Source: Candidatus Limivicinus sp.
Lineage (GTDB): Bacteria; Bacillota; Clostridia; Oscillospirales; Oscillospiraceae
Assembly (NCBI GenBank): GCA_045117295.1
Contig: JBGUNL010000070.1
Coordinates: 1-40,188 of the forward strand
Direction of reading: 5' to 3'
DNA: 40,188 nt
How positions within the stretch are numbered: the first letter of the stretch is position 1; each line of letters begins with the position of its first letter. Both the position numbers and the translations under genes were made by a program. Below the pieces are notes generated by a model. The model saw only the letters and a list, made by a program, of their open reading frames with translations, was not told where the DNA came from and did no database searches. Positions 1 through 8,159 of this stretch are shown here, piece after piece.

Positions 1-6
1 AAAGTG

Positions 7-118
7 TGTTATTATACCATAGCTTGTGCCGGGAACTTTCCGGTACGTTAACAAGGCGGTCCGCTGCCGCGGCTTCGACCCTCCGGTAAGAACGTCTATA
101 TGAAAGAAGGATTGGATT
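7..118 (+). promoter_or_regulatory. rplS upstream region: extended -10 element (TGT-TATTAT at 7-15; the -35 lies outside the window) plus a ~95-nt 5' leader, possibly an L19-leader-like autoregulatory RNA
   Basis: TGnTATTAT lies at 7-15. A hairpin pairs 25-32 with 40-47 (gtgccgg/ccggtac core). GC-rich alternative pairings occur at 56-72. CTTC (73-76) is complementary to GAAG in the SD region (106-109). L19 leaders are known upstream of rplS in Firmicutes, but I cannot verify the consensus fold by eye. Confidence 0.3.
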
Positions 119-460
119 ATGGATCTGGTCAAAATTCTCAGCGAGCAGTACATGAAGCCCGAGCTGCCCGAGATGAACGTGGGCGACACCGTGCGTGTCC
201 TCGTCCGCGTCAAGGAAGGCAACCGCGAGCGTACCCAGGCTTTCGAAGGCACCATCATTGCCAAGAAGCATGGCGGCATCAATGAGACCATCACCGTCCG
301 CCGCATCTCCTACGGCGTCGGCTGCGAAAAGGTCTTCCCGGTGCACTCTCCCTCCATCGTCTCTGTCACCACCGTCCGCAAGGGCAAGGTCCGCAGAGCC
401 AAGCTGTACTACCTGCGCGACCGCGTGGGCAAGGCGGCCAAGGTCAAGGAGCGCCTGTAA
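119..460 (+). CDS. rplS: 50S ribosomal protein L19
   Basis: 113 aa. Full-length resemblance to bacterial L19 (GNRERxQxFEGxxI, ISYGVGxExxFPxHSP, [12 protein letters not shown]). SD AAGGA lies 7 nt upstream of the ATG. Confidence 0.97.
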   Translation: MDLVKILSEQYMKPELPEMNVGDTVRVLVRVKEGNRERTQAFEGTIIAKKHGGINETITVRRISYGVGCEKVFPVHSPSIVSVTTVRKGKVRRAKLYYLRDRVGKAAKVKERL

Positions 461-476
461 GACAAACAGCGAAAGA

Positions 477-510
477 AAAGGCATCTTCCATCCGGAAGGT
501 GCCTTTTGCT
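477..510 (+). terminator. intrinsic terminator after rplS
   Basis: 10-bp stem ggcatcttcc / ggaaggtgcc (one G-U pair), 4-nt loop atcc, flanked by an A-run upstream and TTTT downstream. It starts 17 nt after the rplS stop. Confidence 0.7.
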
Positions 511-525
511 ATGGGCGGATTCTCC

Positions 526-554
526 TTTACAGAAGAACGCTTTTGCGATAAAAT
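526..554 (+). promoter_or_regulatory. sigma-A-type promoter candidate for the plus-strand glycosyltransferase operon
   Basis: TTTACA (526-531), 17-nt spacer, TAAAAT (549-554). Located 34 nt upstream of the GT4-GT4 start. Confidence 0.4.
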
Positions 555-587
555 AGAGACACAACAGCGGATGAAAGGGCACGATGC

Positions 588-2801
588 ATGAAGAGGATTG
601 CTTTCTTTCAGGACAATCTGGACGTGGGCGGGATTCAGAAGTCGATCATGAATCTCCTGATGAATTTCGATTACGATAATTATCAGGTCGACCTCTATCT
701 CTCCGACGCCAAGAGCTTCTGGGACGTTCATTTCCCGGAACAGCTCACGGTCAAATACCTCAAGCGCGTTCCCCGCGTCTGCTCTTTTATGCCCTTTGAC
801 GTGGCCAGAAAGCTGGTCTCCTTCGACTTCTCCGACGTGACGGAGCCCTACGACGTTGCCATTGATTTCAATTCCTACCAGTTCTCCTGTGCCCTGGGGG
901 CGCTGACGGTCCCGGCCAGGCGCCGGGTCATGTGGATCCACAACAACGTCAGTATAAAGCTGGAGAACGAGTGGAAGTACCGGGTGCTCTGGTCCAATTT
1001 CAAGGATAAATTCAAATATTACGATGAGTTCGTCGGTGTCTCCAAGGGCGTCATCGAGCCCTTCCGCGAATGCAGCGGGATGTACGACAAGAAGTATACC
1101 GTCATCCAGAACACCATCGACACGGGGGAGATTTTCTCCAAGGCGGCGGAAGAGTCCGATTTTGCCGTGGACGAGAGCAAGCTGAACTTCGTCGCCATCG
1201 GCAGGCTCTGCCACCAGAAGGCCTATGACATCATGCTGGATGCGTTCAGCCGCCTGACTGAAAAGAGGCAGGATGTGCACCTGTATATCATCGGGGACGG
1301 GGACAAGCGCCTGATGCTGGAATACCAGCGGGACAGTCTCGGACTGACAGACTTTGTGACCTTCCTGGGCCAGAAAAAGAACCCCTTTGTCTACATGGAC
1401 AAGATGGACGCCTTTGTCTCCACCTCCCGCTATGAGGGCCAGCCGCTGAACGTCATGGAGGCGACGGCCCTGGGGCTTCCGCTTTACTGCACAAAGAATC
1501 TGGAGATCTACAGCGAGGGGCTGAAGGGCTTCGACGATCTGGTGGAGGCCATGGCGGGGGCGGAACGGACGGAGAAGAAGCGGGACGACCTGGAGGCGTA
1601 CAACGCGGAGATCATCCGCCGGGTCAAACAGCTGGCGGAGACGCCCGCAGAGCCGACAGAGAAGAAAAAACAGGTCAACATCATCGCCCTGCACCTGGGC
1701 GTCGGCGGGGTGGAGAAGGCAGTCACCGGCATGGCCAATCTCTTTGCCGAGCGTTACGATGTGCGGCTTTACAGCGTATACAAACTGCCGGGGACGCCGG
1801 CCATGCCCATCGACGAGCGCGTCAGCGTCCGCTTCCTGCTGCACGACGTGCCCAACCGGGAGGAATGGAAGGCCGCCATCCGGGCCCGGGACTTCAAGAA
1901 GTTCTGGAAGGAGAGCATGCGCAGCATCCGCATCCTGACGGGAAAGCGCGGCGCGGTCAAGAAGATGATCCGCAACATTACCGAGGGGGTCATCATCACC
2001 ACCCGGCATGAGGACAATCTGCCGCTGTCACGCTATGGCGCGAAAAATGTGCTGAAGATCGGCCAGCTGCACCACGACCACCGCTTTGAGAAAAAGTATA
2101 TCCGCGCCTTCCGGCGGGGATACCGCAATCTGGACGTACTGGCGCTGCTGACGCCGCAGCTGGTGGAAGAAGCCCGGGAGATTATGGCGGGCCGCAATAC
2201 CCATACGGAGCTTGTCTACATGCCCAATTTTCTGGAGCATTTCCCGGAGCGGGTTTCTCTGGAGAATCGTGAGAAAACACTGATCGCCGTGGGGCGCGTG
2301 GCGGATGTCAAGCGCTTTGACCTGCTGGCGGAGCAGTTCTGTCATCTCCACGACCGAGTGCCGGACTGGAAGCTGCGCCTGATCGGCGACGGCGAGGATC
2401 TGGGGAAGATACGGCAGTTTGTGGAAGCGCACAACGCCTCCTCCTATATCGAGCTGCCGGGACAGATGAGCAACGCCCAGGTGGAGCAGGAGATGCTCCG
2501 CGCGTCGCTCTTTGCCATGTCCTCCCGGTCCGAAGGATTTCCCTTTGTGCTGCTGGAGGCGCAGAGCTGCGGCCTGCCCATCGTAGCCTATGACGTCCGG
2601 GTCGGCCCCGGCTTCCTTGTTGAGGACGAAAAGACCGGCTATCTGGTGCCGGAGGGGGAGCGGCAGCGGTATGAAGACCGCATCGTGACCCTGATGCAGG
2701 ATGCGGAAAAACGCATGTCCATGGGCTTACAGGCCCTGGAACACGCGCAGATGTTTTCCCGTGAGCGCGTGGCGGAGAAATGGTTTCAGGTGATCGGATG
2801 A
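588..2801 (+). CDS. two-domain glycosyltransferase: tandem fusion of two GT4 (GT-B fold) modules
   Basis: 737 aa. Module 1 (approx aa 1-335) has the GT4 N-terminus DVGGIQKS and the EX7E motif EGQPLNVME. A Pro/Glu/Lys linker AETPAEPTEKKK follows at about aa 350-361. Module 2 (approx aa 362-737) has GVGGVEKA and the EX7E motif EGFPFVLLE, followed by GLPIVAYD. Confidence 0.85.
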   Translation: MKRIAFFQDNLDVGGIQKSIMNLLMNFDYDNYQVDLYLSDAKSFWDVHFPEQLTVKYLKRVPRVCSFMPFDVARKLVSFDFSDVTEPYDVAIDFNSYQFSCALGALTVPARRRVMWIHNNVSIKLENEWKYRVLWSNFKDKFKYYDEFVGVSKGVIEPFRECSGMYDKKYTVIQNTIDTGEIFSKAAEESDFAVDESKLNFVAIGRLCHQKAYDIMLDAFSRLTEKRQDVHLYIIGDGDKRLMLEYQRDSLGLTDFVTFLGQKKNPFVYMDKMDAFVSTSRYEGQPLNVMEATALGLPLYCTKNLEIYSEGLKGFDDLVEAMAGAERTEKKRDDLEAYNAEIIRRVKQLAETPAEPTEKKKQVNIIALHLGVGGVEKAVTGMANLFAERYDVRLYSVYKLPGTPAMPIDERVSVRFLLHDVPNREEWKAAIRARDFKKFWKESMRSIRILTGKRGAVKKMIRNITEGVIITTRHEDNLPLSRYGAKNVLKIGQLHHDHRFEKKYIRAFRRGYRNLDVLALLTPQLVEEAREIMAGRNTHTELVYMPNFLEHFPERVSLENREKTLIAVGRVADVKRFDLLAEQFCHLHDRVPDWKLRLIGDGEDLGKIRQFVEAHNASSYIELPGQMSNAQVEQEMLRASLFAMSSRSEGFPFVLLEAQSCGLPIVAYDVRVGPGFLVEDEKTGYLVPEGERQRYEDRIVTLMQDAEKRMSMGLQALEHAQMFSRERVAEKWFQVIG

Positions 2802-4291
2802 AGAAGCAGAGGAAACAATCGAATATCGGCGCATTTCTGCGCAACCATTGGCTGATGCTGCTGATCGTTCTTCAGCCGATCCTGGACATTGTCGCCTTCT
2901 GGACCCGGAGCCCGGAGGGAACGCTGGCGGGCTTTGTGCGCCTGGTGATCATGCTGGCGCTGCCGGTCTGGCTGCTTTTCCGCATACCGGAGAAAAAGGA
3001 CCGGATACGTTTTCTGCTGGCCCTCGGCGCGATCGCTCTGGTCTGCGCCCTGCACCTTCTCAATGCGCTGCGCATCGGGGCGGAGAGCATCACCTATGAG
3101 ATCTCCTATACGGCAAAGACGGCGCAGATGCCCATTCTGGCGGTCTGCTTTGCCTATGCCATCCGGGACGCTCAGACCCGGAACCAGGCCTACTGGGGGC
3201 TGTTCTTTGCTGCGGCCATCACGGCGCTGGCTCTGGGCCTCGCCATCCTGACGCGGACGGCCAACGTCACCTATGGCGAAGGTCTCGGCGTCAGCGGCTG
3301 GGTCATTGACGACAACCGCACCGCAAACAGCACGATCCTGGTCGTGCTGGCGGCCTTCTCTATTTTCTGCGCCGTCAAGTCCGACAAGCCTGTGGTGAAT
3401 ATCCTTGTGCCGGTACTGACGGCCTGCGTCCTGATCGTCAACGGCACCATGACCTGCTATCTCTCCATCTTCCTGATCTTCCTGGGCTTTGCCGCGTTTC
3501 TGCCCCTGGAGCGGAAGATCCGCGGCTGCCGGGTCAACCGACTGGCGATGCTGGTGATCGTCGCGGTGGCGCTGCTCTCAGCGGCCGCTTACCCGCTGAC
3601 GCCCAAATACAAGATCCGCCAGTCCCAGGTCAGCTTTATGGAGAAAACCCAGACGGAGTTTGAGGACTCCTTCGGCGGAGGGGACTTTGATCCCGCCACC
3701 CTGACCCGGGATCAGATCCTCAACGACCCGGAGATCCACACCCTCTATTCCGACTATTACTGGAAGTGCCTCTGGAATCTCTGCCCAGACATGTTTGAGC
3801 GCTTTGACATGGATGAGATCATGCTCAAATATGATCTGACCACGGACGCCTCGGTCCTGCTGAATACCCGCAACTTGAAGCGCAGCTATATGTCCCTGGT
3901 CTGGGATCACAGCGACACGCTGACAAGACTCCTGGGCATCGACTGTTCCTCCGCCTGGCTGAACGGACGCATGGATCTGGAAAACGACTGGCCCGCCATC
4001 TTTTATTATTACGGCTATTTGGGCTTTGCCGCCTACGCCGCTTTCATCCTGTATTATCTGTATCGGATCCTCCGCAGACTGAAGCAGGATTTCCGCAGCG
4101 CGTTCACCGCGGATAACTTCATCCTTCTGGTCTGCTTCGTGCTGCTGATCGGCATTGCGCAGTTTTCCGGCGCCGTGCTGCGCAGACCCAACGTCTCCAT
4201 CTATCTCTCCCTCATCCTCGGGCTGATTCACTACCAGACCCGGATGAAGGCCGGAGGTCAGACCAGCAGCTGGAGGGGAGAGTGGATATGA
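2798..4291 (+). CDS. polytopic membrane protein, O-antigen ligase / Wzy-type polysaccharide polymerase-like
   Basis: About 498 aa from ATG 2798, which overlaps the upstream stop in an ATGA arrangement (the track ORF starts at 2780). It has at least 10 hydrophobic segments. A large hydrophilic loop (approx aa 285-400) precedes a C-terminal LENDW...YGYLGF segment of the kind seen in Wzy_C/O-antigen-ligase families. The family call is from pattern only. Confidence 0.6.
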   Translation: MKKQRKQSNIGAFLRNHWLMLLIVLQPILDIVAFWTRSPEGTLAGFVRLVIMLALPVWLLFRIPEKKDRIRFLLALGAIALVCALHLLNALRIGAESITYEISYTAKTAQMPILAVCFAYAIRDAQTRNQAYWGLFFAAAITALALGLAILTRTANVTYGEGLGVSGWVIDDNRTANSTILVVLAAFSIFCAVKSDKPVVNILVPVLTACVLIVNGTMTCYLSIFLIFLGFAAFLPLERKIRGCRVNRLAMLVIVAVALLSAAAYPLTPKYKIRQSQVSFMEKTQTEFEDSFGGGDFDPATLTRDQILNDPEIHTLYSDYYWKCLWNLCPDMFERFDMDEIMLKYDLTTDASVLLNTRNLKRSYMSLVWDHSDTLTRLLGIDCSSAWLNGRMDLENDWPAIFYYYGYLGFAAYAAFILYYLYRILRRLKQDFRSAFTADNFILLVCFVLLIGIAQFSGAVLRRPNVSIYLSLILGLIHYQTRMKAGGQTSSWRGEWI

Positions 4292-5223
4292 AGCTGAGCG
4301 TGATTGTGCCGGTCTACAAGGTGGAAGAATACCTCGCCGCGTGTGTGGACTCCCTCCTGGCCCAGACTATGGAGGATCTGGAGATCTTCCTGGTGGACGA
4401 CGGCTCGCCGGACCGCTCCGGGGAGATCGCCGACGCGTACGCGGCGCGCTTTCCGGAGAAGGTCCGTGTCCTCCATGTGGATAACGGCGGGCAGGGGAGA
4501 GCCAGAAACCTGGCGCTGCCCCTGGCGCAGGGGGAGTATGTGGGCTTTGTGGACAGCGACGACTGGGTGGATGCGAGCATGTATGAAAAGCTCTGCGCCC
4601 GCGCGGACGAGACCGGGGCGGACGTGGTGGCCTGCGACTTCCTGGAGCGGTATGCCGACGGCCGGGAGCAGGTTCTCCCGGCGGCTCTCCAGGACCACCC
4701 CCTGAGTTCCGCGGGTTCCTCCTGCAACAAGATTTTCCGCAGAAGCAAAATCGAGGAGCTGCATTTTCCCGAGGGCCTGTGGTATGAGGATTTCTTCTTT
4801 TCCGCGGTGATGCTGGTCCGCTCCGGGCGGACCGAGTACATCCGGGAGCCCCTGTATATCTACCGCCGCGGCCAGGAATCCACCATGCACAACAACAACG
4901 CGGCGAAGAATCTGGACATCCTCCGCATCATGGAGCTGCTGGAGCAGGAGCTCGTGCCTTTGGGGCGCAGGGATGATTTTGAGTTTTTCCTGATCAACCA
5001 CGTGATTTTGGATTCCATCAGCCGCCTGGCGCAGCAGAGCGCGCCGGACAGAAAGACCGTGATCCGGACCCTGAGAAGCTATGCCCATGAAAAAATCCCG
5101 CGGCTTTCCCGCTGTCCCAGCTATCAGCGGGAGACGCGAAACCGGCGGATCATCATGCTTCTCAACTACAGCGGTCTGGAGCAGATGGGCCAGCTCCTGC
5201 TGAAAATCAAATCCGGTCTGTAA
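4288..5223 (+). CDS. GT2-family glycosyltransferase (paralog 1 of 3)
   Basis: N-terminus KLSVIVPVYKVEEYL, then the DDGSPD and DSDD (DXD) motifs. ATG 4288 overlaps the upstream stop (ATGA), and SD GGAGGGGA lies at 4273-4280. Confidence 0.87.
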   Translation: MKLSVIVPVYKVEEYLAACVDSLLAQTMEDLEIFLVDDGSPDRSGEIADAYAARFPEKVRVLHVDNGGQGRARNLALPLAQGEYVGFVDSDDWVDASMYEKLCARADETGADVVACDFLERYADGREQVLPAALQDHPLSSAGSSCNKIFRRSKIEELHFPEGLWYEDFFFSAVMLVRSGRTEYIREPLYIYRRGQESTMHNNNAAKNLDILRIMELLEQELVPLGRRDDFEFFLINHVILDSISRLAQQSAPDRKTVIRTLRSYAHEKIPRLSRCPSYQRETRNRRIIMLLNYSGLEQMGQLLLKIKSGL

Positions 5224-5225
5224 GG

Positions 5226-5258
5226 AAAAAGGAACTCCGTTTTCGGAGTTCCTTTTTT
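5226..5258. terminator. bidirectional intrinsic terminator between convergent GT operons
   Basis: Perfect stem ggaactccg / cggagttcc with loop tttt, flanked by AAAAA upstream and TTTTTT downstream. It lies between the stop at 5223 (+) and the stop at 5267 (-). Confidence 0.8.
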
Positions 5259-5266
5259 GAATCACC

Positions 5267-6253
5267 TTATCGGTTTTTAGCCCGGTTGTTCAAACGCATC
5301 AGTACATGGACCGCAAGGCGCATGCGGTGGAGCAGCAGCCAGGTGAGCAGCTTGTGCTTGGGCGGGATCTTCCTGACATACGGATTGTCTCGGAAGTCGG
5401 GGCACTTTTGCAGAAAATCCACAAGGAGTTCCTCCTGCACCGGGGAGTGCCTGTCCGCGAGGTTTGCGCGAATGGAGCTGGTGAGGAACTGGGCGTGGAA
5501 GGTCAAAAAGTCCAGCTCAGCCTTCAGCTCGTCAAAGCGGCCCAGCTCCCGATAGAAGCCGCGCACATCGTCCACGGCCTCGATGATCTCCCGGTTCCGC
5601 TCCGCCTTGGCAGAATTGGTGATGGAGCCCGGACGGATCAAATAGCGGTGCAGCGCTTCGGGAACGTAGAGAATCTTGTCCGTGAAGGCGTAGAGCTTCA
5701 GGACGGTGCGCAGATCCTCAAACCACGCCCGGGCGGGGAACAGAATCTGGTGGTCCCGAAAGAGGCTTGCCCGGTAGATTTTGTTCCAGGCGTTGGGGAT
5801 CTGCAGCAGAAGCTCCGGGTATTCCGAGAGCGTGATGTGCTCCTCCCGTCCGCAGCCTGGGATATCCTTTAAGGTTCGGCCCGCGGGGTCCACGGAAACG
5901 GTGTCAAAAAGGCAGAGATCAAAATCACGGTCGCACAGCTCCAGGATGCGCCGCATGCCGCCTTCCGCAAGGTAATCGTCGCTGTCCAGAAAGTAGAGGA
6001 GCTCGGCGTTTGCGTGGGCCATGCCGGTGTTTCTGGCGCTGCCGAGACCCATGTTTTCCGTGGTGATCACCCGGATCAGCTCCGGATAGCGGGCGCGGTA
6101 CACCTCGGCGATGGCGGGAGAAGAATCCGTGGAGCCGTCGTTTACCAGGATGATCTCATAGTCTGTCTCACCTTCCAGAATTACGGAATCGAGACACTTG
6201 GCCAGATATGCCTCCACGTTATAGACGGGGATGATGACACTGAGCTTGATCAT
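5267..6253 (-). CDS. GT2-family glycosyltransferase (paralog 2 of 3)
   Basis: 328 aa. Motifs IKLSVIIPVYNVEAYL, VNDGSTD, LDSDD. SD GGGAGGAAG is upstream. It starts 13 nt after the stop of the upstream paralog, consistent with one operon. Confidence 0.87.
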   Translation of the reverse strand: MIKLSVIIPVYNVEAYLAKCLDSVILEGETDYEIILVNDGSTDSSPAIAEVYRARYPELIRVITTENMGLGSARNTGMAHANAELLYFLDSDDYLAEGGMRRILELCDRDFDLCLFDTVSVDPAGRTLKDIPGCGREEHITLSEYPELLLQIPNAWNKIYRASLFRDHQILFPARAWFEDLRTVLKLYAFTDKILYVPEALHRYLIRPGSITNSAKAERNREIIEAVDDVRGFYRELGRFDELKAELDFLTFHAQFLTSSIRANLADRHSPVQEELLVDFLQKCPDFRDNPYVRKIPPKHKLLTWLLLHRMRLAVHVLMRLNNRAKNR

Positions 6254-6266
6254 TTCTTCCTCCCGT

Positions 6267-7256
6267 TCAGCGCGCCTTGTTCCGAAGCTTGTCGTTGACG
6301 TGCATCAGCGCGGCGACCGCGCGATACTGTCCGGCCAGCAGCAGCTTTGTCAGCAGGCGATGCTTTTTGGACATGGACCGAATATACGGGTTCTGTGCGT
6401 AATCGGGGAAGCGCTGCAGAAAAGCGTCCCGGAGCTGCGGAAGCACGGGGCTGGACGCGTCGGCCTGGCAGACGCGGACGGAGGCGGTCAGAAACATGTT
6501 GTAAAAGGCCACATAGTCCAACTGCGCCCGATACGTTTCATACAGGCCGCGGGCCCGATAATAGCCCAGCAGATCGTCCACCGCGTCGATGATCTCCAGA
6601 TTGCGCAGGAGCTTTGCGCTGTTGGTGATGGAGCCCGGGCGCATCAGATAGAGATACCAGGGCTTTCCGGCGGCAAAAATGCGCTCCGTGAGGGGATAGA
6701 GCTTGGGCATGGTGCGCAGATCCTCGTACCAGACTCTGCCGGGAAAGCGGATGTCATGATCCAGAAAGAGGCTGCGGCGGCAGATCTTGTTGCAGCCGGA
6801 GGGATAGGCCAGCAGCAGCTCCGGAAAGTCGGAGAGGCTGACGCCGCCCGTCTTCCCGCAGCCGGGCATGCGCTCGATGACGGAGCCGTCGGGATTAACG
6901 GAGAGAAAGTCAAAGATCAGCATGTCACGCTCCGGCGTGAGCTCCGCCAGGATTTCCGGCAGCGCCCCCTCCGCCAGGCGGTCGTCGCTGTCCAGAAAGA
7001 ATACAAAATCGCCCGCGGCGGCCTCCAGTCCCACGTTCCTGGCGGCGCCCAGGCCGCCGTTTTCCGTGGTGATCAGGCGGAGCGTGTCGGGGAAGCGGGA
7101 TGCGTATTCCGCCGCAATGGTTCCGGAATCGTCTGTGGAGCCGTCGTTTACCAGGATGATCTCATAGTCGCGCCGGTCCGGGAGCAGGACCGATTCCACA
7201 CAGGCGGGCAGATAGTCCCGCACATTATAGATCGGAATCACAATGCTGAGCTTCAT
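6267..7256 (-). CDS. GT2-family glycosyltransferase (paralog 3 of 3)
   Basis: Motifs MKLSIVIPIYNVRDYL, VNDGSTD, LDSDD. I prefer the start at 7256 because of SD GGGAGGGG and because the predicted promoter lies inside the longer track ORF (which extends to 7292). It is collinear with the 5267-6253 product over its full length. Confidence 0.85.
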   Translation of the reverse strand: MKLSIVIPIYNVRDYLPACVESVLLPDRRDYEIILVNDGSTDDSGTIAAEYASRFPDTLRLITTENGGLGAARNVGLEAAAGDFVFFLDSDDRLAEGALPEILAELTPERDMLIFDFLSVNPDGSVIERMPGCGKTGGVSLSDFPELLLAYPSGCNKICRRSLFLDHDIRFPGRVWYEDLRTMPKLYPLTERIFAAGKPWYLYLMRPGSITNSAKLLRNLEIIDAVDDLLGYYRARGLYETYRAQLDYVAFYNMFLTASVRVCQADASSPVLPQLRDAFLQRFPDYAQNPYIRSMSKKHRLLTKLLLAGQYRAVAALMHVNDKLRNKAR

Positions 7257-7282
7257 GTTGTCCCCTCCCGCCTGTTTTCCCC

Positions 7283-7311
7283 ATGATACCATGTTGCGCC
7301 GGTGCTTTCAA
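7283..7311 (-). promoter_or_regulatory. sigma-A-type promoter candidate for the minus-strand GT2 pair
   Basis: On the minus strand: TTGAAA, 17-nt spacer, TGG-TATCAT (extended -10). The leader to ATG 7256 would be about 20 nt and contains the SD. Confidence 0.45.
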
Positions 7312-7336
7312 GCGGAAAAGCCGCCGTGAAAAAGAG

Positions 7337-7365
7337 TTGAACGAGCTTTGCAAATGGTGTATAAT
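7337..7365 (+). promoter_or_regulatory. sigma-A-type promoter candidate for lepB
   Basis: TTGAAC (7337-7342), 17-nt spacer, TATAAT (7360-7365). It diverges from the GT2 promoter. Confidence 0.5.
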
Positions 7366-7394
7366 ATCATGAATCTTTATGAACGGAGATTGCT

Positions 7395-7973
7395 ATGAGC
7401 GCCAAAACGAAAAAAAAGAAAGCAGTTCCCGCGGGGGTCGATCCCAACGCATCCAGCAAGGAGACCTATGACTGGATCCAGTGTCTGCTGGTTGCGCTGA
7501 TCATCTGCGTGCTGCTGTTTATGTTCTGCGTCCGCGTCATCGACGTGATCGGGACTTCTATGTATCCCACCCTGAACAACAGTGAGAAGATGCTGGTGTC
7601 CGGGCTGTTCTATAAGCCCAAGGTGGGGGATATCGTGGTCTTTAAGAAGGACGAGTACGATCCCAACAAGGCTCTGGTCAAGCGCGTGATCGCGGTGGAG
7701 GGCCAGGAGATCAACATGGACTTTGAAAATGGCATCGTCTATATCGACGGCGTCGCCATTGCCGAGGACTTTATCAGCGAGCCCACCTACAACAAGCTGG
7801 ACTTCATTGGCCCGAAAACGGTGCCGGAGGGCTGTGTCTTCGTCATGGGCGACAACCGCAACGCCTCCATCGACAGCCGCAAGAAGGAGATCGGCATGCT
7901 GGATACCCGCCTGATCCTGGGCCGGGCCTACTATGTGATCTACCCGCTGTCCTCTCTCCGGGCGGTGGGCTAA
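7395..7973 (+). CDS. lepB: signal peptidase I
   Basis: 192 aa. N-terminal TM helix, catalytic Ser box GTSMYPTL, Lys box KRVIAVEGQ, and GDNRNASIDSR. Confidence 0.93.
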   Translation: MSAKTKKKKAVPAGVDPNASSKETYDWIQCLLVALIICVLLFMFCVRVIDVIGTSMYPTLNNSEKMLVSGLFYKPKVGDIVVFKKDEYDPNKALVKRVIAVEGQEINMDFENGIVYIDGVAIAEDFISEPTYNKLDFIGPKTVPEGCVFVMGDNRNASIDSRKKEIGMLDTRLILGRAYYVIYPLSSLRAVG

Positions 7974-7989
7974 TAATGATCATCGGATG

Positions 7990-8159
7990 GCGAAATCAAT
8001 CGGAAATACGATTGATTTCGCTGCCAAACGACAGGTTTGGCAGCGAATGATTCCCAAAATCATTCGCCCGATGCTCCTTGCAATGAGAATATGGCAAAAC
8101 AGCCATGCTGTTTTGCTGCGCAGCAAAGCTGCGCGGCGAAATGCTTATGGCTTTTCGCC
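7990..8159. other. array of six consecutive stem-loops / overlapping palindromes (candidate structured RNA or REP-like element)
   Basis: H1 7990-8002/8009-8021 (13 bp, perfect). H2 8022-8029/8035-8042 (8 bp; extends to 13 bp as 8017-8029/8035-8047). H3 8043-8052/8058-8067 (10 bp). H4 8094-8103/8107-8116 (10 bp). H5 8118-8124/8128-8134 (7 bp). H6 8135-8144/8150-8159 (9 bp with one mismatch). None is followed by a T-run. Confidence 0.5.

Noticed and set aside
571-591. A six-codon mini-ORF (MKGHDA) whose TGA overlaps the ATG of the GT4-GT4 gene
   Set aside because: It has no SD of its own. The AAAGGG inside it is at the right distance (8 nt) to be the SD of the main ATG at 588. It is most likely incidental, not a regulatory leader peptide.
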